In this document: piece after piece, positions 37,208 to 42,843 of the stretch
Layout of the letters: every line of letters starts with the position of its first letter
Position numbering within the stretch: the first letter of the stretch is position 1
Source of the DNA: Minisyncoccota bacterium
GTDB taxonomy: Bacteria; Patescibacteriota; Minisyncoccia; Phycocordibacterales; JABAAK01
NCBI GenBank assembly: GCA_965204115.1
Contig: OZ241963.1
Coordinates: 76,632 to 119,474 of the forward strand
Length of the DNA: 42,843 bases
Direction of reading: 5' to 3'
Translations under genes and position numbers: made by a program
Notes under the pieces: generated by a model
What the model was told of the DNA's origin: nothing
Database searches by the model: none
Seen by the model: the letters and a program-made list of their open reading frames with translations, nothing else

Positions 37208-37882
37208 ATGAGAAGCACACGGATACAAGACAAGGAGTGGTCTGACTTACCGCGGGAAAAGTTTGAGAAATATGGAGAGAGCCGGGTGTCCGATGAAGAG
37301 CTGCTCGCGATGCTGCTCGGCTCGGGAACGAAAGGGAAGAATGTCTTATCGCTCGCGCGCGAGGTGTTGCGGAAAATACAGAAAGTCGGAAATGAAAATG
37401 TCACAACTGATGACCTGCAGGAGATTCGCGGTCTTGGAAAAGTAAAGGCACAGCAGGTGGCGGCGCTGCTGGCACTGGCGAAGCGGCTGCACACGCATTC
37501 AAAGAGAGAGGTGCTGACGGGTCGGGATGCGTGGAAACTGTGTAGTGATTTTTACGGCTCGGCGCAGGAGCATCTTGCCGTGTTTTATCTGGATACCCGC
37601 TCATGCCTCTTGCAGCGGGAAATAGTGTTCGTGGGCTCACTCAATGAGAGTATCGCGCATCCACGCGACATTTTTGAAAAAGCACTCCTGTTGAATGCCG
37701 CCGCGCTCATTATTACACATAATCATCCGTCCGGTAATCTTGAGCCCTCTCATCAGGATATCAACATCACCCGTCGACTTGTTGAGGCCGGCGGCATGCT
37801 CGGCATTGCTGTTAAAGATCATCTCATTGTTACCCCTGCTGACTACCTCAGCATGCGGCAGGAGGGGATGGTGGATTTCTAA
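37208..37882 (+). CDS. radC: RadC/JAB-domain protein
   Basis: Motifs PREK, ELLAMLLGSG, GLGKVKA, HPRDIF, HNHPSGN..PS..D and DHLIV. Confidence 0.95.
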   Translation: MRSTRIQDKEWSDLPREKFEKYGESRVSDEELLAMLLGSGTKGKNVLSLAREVLRKIQKVGNENVTTDDLQEIRGLGKVKAQQVAALLALAKRLHTHSKREVLTGRDAWKLCSDFYGSAQEHLAVFYLDTRSCLLQREIVFVGSLNESIAHPRDIFEKALLLNAAALIITHNHPSGNLEPSHQDINITRRLVEAGGMLGIAVKDHLIVTPADYLSMRQEGMVDF

Positions 37883-38036
37883 ATAATAAAGCCCGCAGAA
37901 TGAATTGCAGGTCGTTTGTCAATCTCTAATTCCTTGTGCAGTATTGTCAATATTTGACATTTTTCTTAATCTGTTTTATTATATACATAGGTATAATTTG
38001 GCATCTTAAATGAAAAAAATAAGAAGGAGATAGAAT

Positions 38037-38534
38037 ATGAAACATATTTTTTTTGTTTTTCTTGCTCTTGCGATAATAATTGTTGGGTGTGACCGTCCGC
38101 ATTCAGGAGGGTCGGTTGTCGGGCCCGTAGAGGGGAATGAGCGGTCAGGTACTTTGGTTCCTACTGTAGGAATCGAATTGATGGAGATTGATGAAAGACA
38201 GGGATGGCGGCTGTTCTTGATAGACGGCAGTTTTTTTGATGACCTTGTCGTCAGGGTACAGCTGTCATACGACAGTCCGTTTCTGGAAACAAAGACGGTT
38301 CTTGTTGTGGTGCCGTCGGGAAAGCGTGTTTCCCGACTGCAGTATAATGAGGCCGATCTTTCTGCCCTAAAGGTGCGGATTATTTCTCTTCCAAGGGAGA
38401 AGGAAATGCACCTCATGCCCGAAAGAGTGGTAGGGACAGTTGAGTCGTATATCGTTCCAAATGGGTACCCGTGGTATCAGTACGAGGTATCGCAGGGCAC
38501 CTCTTTCGTGACGCTTTCGCCCAATAACAGGTAA
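38037..38534 (+). CDS. Hypothetical lipoprotein
   Basis: AAGGAG RBS and lipobox IVGC-DR. Confidence 0.8.
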   Translation: MKHIFFVFLALAIIIVGCDRPHSGGSVVGPVEGNERSGTLVPTVGIELMEIDERQGWRLFLIDGSFFDDLVVRVQLSYDSPFLETKTVLVVVPSGKRVSRLQYNEADLSALKVRIISLPREKEMHLMPERVVGTVESYIVPNGYPWYQYEVSQGTSFVTLSPNNR

Positions 38535-38539
38535 GCAAA

Positions 38540-38575
38540 AAGGCAGGTATTTCTTCAAGAAGAAATACCTGCCTT
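38540..38575. terminator. Bidirectional terminator (17-bp inverted repeat)
   Basis: AAGGCAGGTATTTCTTC-AA-GAAGAAATACCTGCCTT between convergent genes. Confidence 0.85.
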
Positions 38576-38582
38576 AATTTTT

Positions 38583-39353
38583 TTACTTGGAAATAGTAAT
38601 TCCCAAGTAAATATTCTGCGCGCCCGATTCACGAAGATAGTTAATCTCCGGAATTAGGTGGATGCTGTGAAAGATCGGTTTTGCTCTTACCATGATGCGT
38701 AAAGTACCGCCCTGGTCCTGTGGGCTGAGTTTCTCAGCAGACCCGAGATGGAGGGCGTACTTTTTTGAGTAGGAGATATCAAGCCGGATGTGGAAAGATT
38801 CGATAAACATTCCGCCGCCAAGGTAGAGGTTCCCCTCTCTGCCGGTGGTGTAGTGACTTGTGTCTATTCCCGGAAATGCATAGATACCGGCAGAAAAACG
38901 AGGGGATGAAGACCCTGCCACAGCGGCTACTTTCATATATGCTATGTGGAAGTCGTCATCGAAAAACAGTGAATCTTCTTTGGTCAGATCACTGTGAAGG
39001 AGGGTGTATTCACTCTTCATCTCTAACGCACCGGATTCCGTGCCCCATCTTTTTTTGAATCCGAGTGTTATGGTATTCCGACCGCCGGAGTTCTTTCCAT
39101 AGTTGGTGGTCTTATTAACATAAGCTTTATACCGTGCGTAAACACCAGCGCCCGTATGGGCGATAGCAGTTCCTCCGGAGAAGACCGGTGACCCAAAATC
39201 AAGGTGTATTGACCCGGGGCCAATAAACTCCACATCTTGCCTGCCTAAAAAGATCTCTGTTTTCCAGCTTTCTAATTCTGACTCTGATTTTGAAATTTCA
39301 GCGAATGCGTTGCTGCCTGTGAGCAACATAAGGATAAGAAGTAAATACCTCAT
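38583..39353 (-). CDS. Secreted beta-strand-rich protein, possibly a beta-barrel
   Basis: AAGGAG RBS, signal peptide AFA-E, and many alternating Gly/aromatic strands. Confidence 0.75.
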   Translation of the reverse strand: MRYLLLILMLLTGSNAFAEISKSESELESWKTEIFLGRQDVEFIGPGSIHLDFGSPVFSGGTAIAHTGAGVYARYKAYVNKTTNYGKNSGGRNTITLGFKKRWGTESGALEMKSEYTLLHSDLTKEDSLFFDDDFHIAYMKVAAVAGSSSPRFSAGIYAFPGIDTSHYTTGREGNLYLGGGMFIESFHIRLDISYSKKYALHLGSAEKLSPQDQGGTLRIMVRAKPIFHSIHLIPEINYLRESGAQNIYLGITISK

Positions 39354-39551
39354 CTCTGATTCTCCTTTGTGGTTTGTGTGAGTGTATCAAATTATACATA
39401 TATATAATAAAATATATTAAACAATGTGTCAATGCTTGACATTTTGGCAGTTTTAGGGTATATTTTAAGACATTATGGCGTGTAGTTGTAAGGATTGTTA
39501 CTTTGCAATTTACACAAAATCAACTTGAAAAAATGAAAGGGAGAAAGAGCA

Positions 39552-40718
39552 ATGAAAGAAATGAGATTTTTCACCACACTCGCAATCGTCACTTTTTTAG
39601 CAATATTCACTGTGCCATCCTTTGCCGGAGTGGAGAGCATCACAACTAATGTCACACTGAAAAACAGAGCAGGAAGGGCTATAAAGAACAGTCCGGAGAG
39701 TTTTGTATATGTCAGGGAAGGCGGCAGGTTGTTTACCTTGGCCAGCCCGAAGGCCGTACACATCATCACTGATGAAGATGTGATTCGGCTGACTGAGAAT
39801 GGTCGTCCTGAAATCGTCAATCACAACGCAGATCCGCTGATGACAGAGTTGCGGGCACTCAAACTACAAGGGTACCCAAGCTTAAAGAACAGTGTCACTG
39901 ACAGAAACATAATCTCCCTGCAACGAAATGTAGGCACGGATATAAAGAAGTACGATGCCATCATTCAGGTGGGAAAAAAGAAGTGGGGCATCAAAGGAAA
40001 GTCAGTCCGCTTTTTTGTCGCCGCGAACGGTGAAGTGACCTTGGGAAATTATCCAATTCACTATGCGGACTTACCTCAATTGTTTGCTGATCTGACCGAA
40101 ACCGGAGTTGTGGACTGGAGTCCATACTTTGTGCATGGAGCACTCGACCGTGCGCATCAGGTTTTGGCCTTCGCGGAATTTTTCCGCATCCTATATCCGG
40201 AGCGCCGTTTTGAAAAAGGTGAATTCAAAAGAGAGGCTGAGTATTTGCGAATTTCGCGACCCCATACCGTCAGAGACGGGAAAAGGGTTGTGGTGACGAC
40301 AGCGCAGCATCTGATTCTCAACTCTCTGGCGAGAGGCATCGTCGGGACAAACGCATTGCGGTACCATCGTTCAGGAGAAGTAGACTTTCGGGAAGTTTAC
40401 TACGCTCACTTGTACTGCAAGTATACGACGAGTGAGTGGTGGTACCCGCAGCGGTCTAACTTAACGACCGACGAACAAGTCCAGAAATTTTTGTCGGTGT
40501 GGGAAAGGATGGCGGATCATCAGATTAAGAGGCGAATGACCTGGGCGCATGTTTCCAGAAAGTATGTGAGTATGTATGAGGCAGGCAGAGATCTACCGCT
40601 CGCTCCGCCGCTTAACGGCGAAGACAGGTTTGCAGAGTTGGAGTATTGGCCGAAAGATTTCGTGTACCCGCAGGTTGGATCTCAGATAACCACCTGGGGG
40701 AATATCAAAAGAAGATAG
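39552..40718 (+). CDS. Secreted hypothetical protein with C-terminal VYPQVGSQITTWGNIKRR tail
   Basis: Purine-rich RBS, signal peptide SFA-G, and the same terminal motif as 14910..15905. Confidence 0.85.
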   Translation: MKEMRFFTTLAIVTFLAIFTVPSFAGVESITTNVTLKNRAGRAIKNSPESFVYVREGGRLFTLASPKAVHIITDEDVIRLTENGRPEIVNHNADPLMTELRALKLQGYPSLKNSVTDRNIISLQRNVGTDIKKYDAIIQVGKKKWGIKGKSVRFFVAANGEVTLGNYPIHYADLPQLFADLTETGVVDWSPYFVHGALDRAHQVLAFAEFFRILYPERRFEKGEFKREAEYLRISRPHTVRDGKRVVVTTAQHLILNSLARGIVGTNALRYHRSGEVDFREVYYAHLYCKYTTSEWWYPQRSNLTTDEQVQKFLSVWERMADHQIKRRMTWAHVSRKYVSMYEAGRDLPLAPPLNGEDRFAELEYWPKDFVYPQVGSQITTWGNIKRR

Positions 40719-40739
40719 CAACCCATAGCACATTACTAT

Positions 40740-40766
40740 AAGCGAAGCATGTCACATGCTTCGCTT
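40740..40766 (+). terminator. Intrinsic terminator
   Basis: AAGCGAAGCATG-TCA-CATGCTTCGCTT. Confidence 0.8.
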
Positions 40767-40906
40767 ATTCTTTTGTGTAGGATATTGTTGCTGCTTGCTT
40801 CTGGTTTGTGGCGCACCTAAAGCAAAGTTGTATTTGCGAATGAGCGGTATCAGCGGTATCATACATGTAGAACTGCTGCTTTACTATCTGAGGAGGTGAG
40901 TGCTGT

Positions 40907-41119
40907 ATGCACGCATCTAGTATTGAAACACGATCGACTCTGCCTACTATTGTGCTGCGAAGAAAAAAGAAAAGGGTAAACGCCACGCGTCGGTTCACCA
41001 GACACTCTCTCGGGATGGCGTATTACCACCGACTAACGGCAGAAGGGATAGAAGACAGGTATGCGAGAAAGTATGCCATGCATAGGTATGGCACTGATCC
41101 GTGGGATTACCTGCGTTGA
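40907..41119 (+). CDS. Small basic hypothetical protein
   Basis: GAGGAGGT RBS and a downstream terminator hairpin. Confidence 0.55.
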   Translation: MHASSIETRSTLPTIVLRRKKKRVNATRRFTRHSLGMAYYHRLTAEGIEDRYARKYAMHRYGTDPWDYLR

Positions 41120-41143
41120 ACATTCATTGAAGAAAAGGTATAT

Positions 41144-41178
41144 AAGTGCCCGAGTGCGTGAAGCGTGCTCGGGCATTT
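41144..41178 (+). terminator. Terminator-like hairpin
   Basis: GTGCCCGAGTGCG-TGAAG-CGTGCTCGGGCAT followed by TT. Confidence 0.6.
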
Positions 41179-41239
41179 CTCTTGTAAATACAAAGTATTT
41201 TCATCATTTTATAATCCACATTTTATACACATAGGGGTA

Positions 41240-41268
41240 TTGCGCTATTTTGGGGGGTTCGGTATACT
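41240..41268 (+). promoter_or_regulatory. Putative dedicated 23S rRNA promoter
   Basis: TTGCGC-17 nt-TATACT, with a boxA-like CTTTTAACAA at about 41382. Confidence 0.55.
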
Positions 41269-41516
41269 ATATATGTGTTAAAGAGAAATGAAAATTTTAG
41301 GAAACCTTGCGGGGCGTAATCTTTGTATACTTTTGAAGAAAGAAAATTGCTCCGAAAGGGGCAATTTTCTTTTACACTGAACTTTTAACAATTAGCATTG
41401 CAAATAGCATGAGCAATTCGTTCATCAAACAACGCGACATAGATGTTGCGTTGTGTATAGATGAATTGAGAGAACATAACAAAAAATAAAAAACATAAGC
41501 GGTTTTTGATTTCCTG

Positions 41517-42843
<1,327 letters not shown>

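Noticed and set aside
37208-37882. radC as a marker of a mobile element
   Set aside because: It is the full-length chromosomal-type RadC with the N-terminal HhH region, and no mobility genes are nearby.

Overview
This window is chromosomal DNA from a small-genome bacterium that most resembles Patescibacteria/CPR (Parcubacteria-like). The evidence is an unlinked 23S rRNA, tRNAs without encoded CCA, a split transketolase, a sigma70_r4/HARE-HTH-like protein, a CPDGSxVGRxGPxC surface motif and near-leaderless housekeeping genes. A sponge-type habitat is a weaker inference from protein domain content. The housekeeping backbone includes mpg, tkt, pfkB, ahpC, cysS, an S41 protease, ftsEX, ychF, an Mpl-like ligase, groES/EL, adk, map, mltG, mnmA, radC, tRNA-Asn, tRNA-Gln and the 5' part of 23S. 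It is interrupted by self-contained accessory transcription units. The highlights are: (1) a three-unit cassette-like array (14.75-17.9 kb) with four homologous junctions, covarying hairpins and unrelated secreted cargo; (2) two unrelated secreted proteins ending in a 'TTWGxIK' tail of the kind I recall from Poribacteria/FCB proteins; (3) core genes that look leaderless, while accessory genes carry strong Shine-Dalgarno sites; (4) two long structured intergenic RNA candidates, each faced by a consensus sigma70 promoter; (5) a DUF1874/AcrIII-1-like gene next to tRNA-Gln; and (6) a seven-unit C4 zinc-finger array. A ~2.7 kb subtilase gene at the left edge is missing from the ORF track. No integrase, transposase or CRISPR array was seen. 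All family calls come from motif recognition by eye, not database searches.
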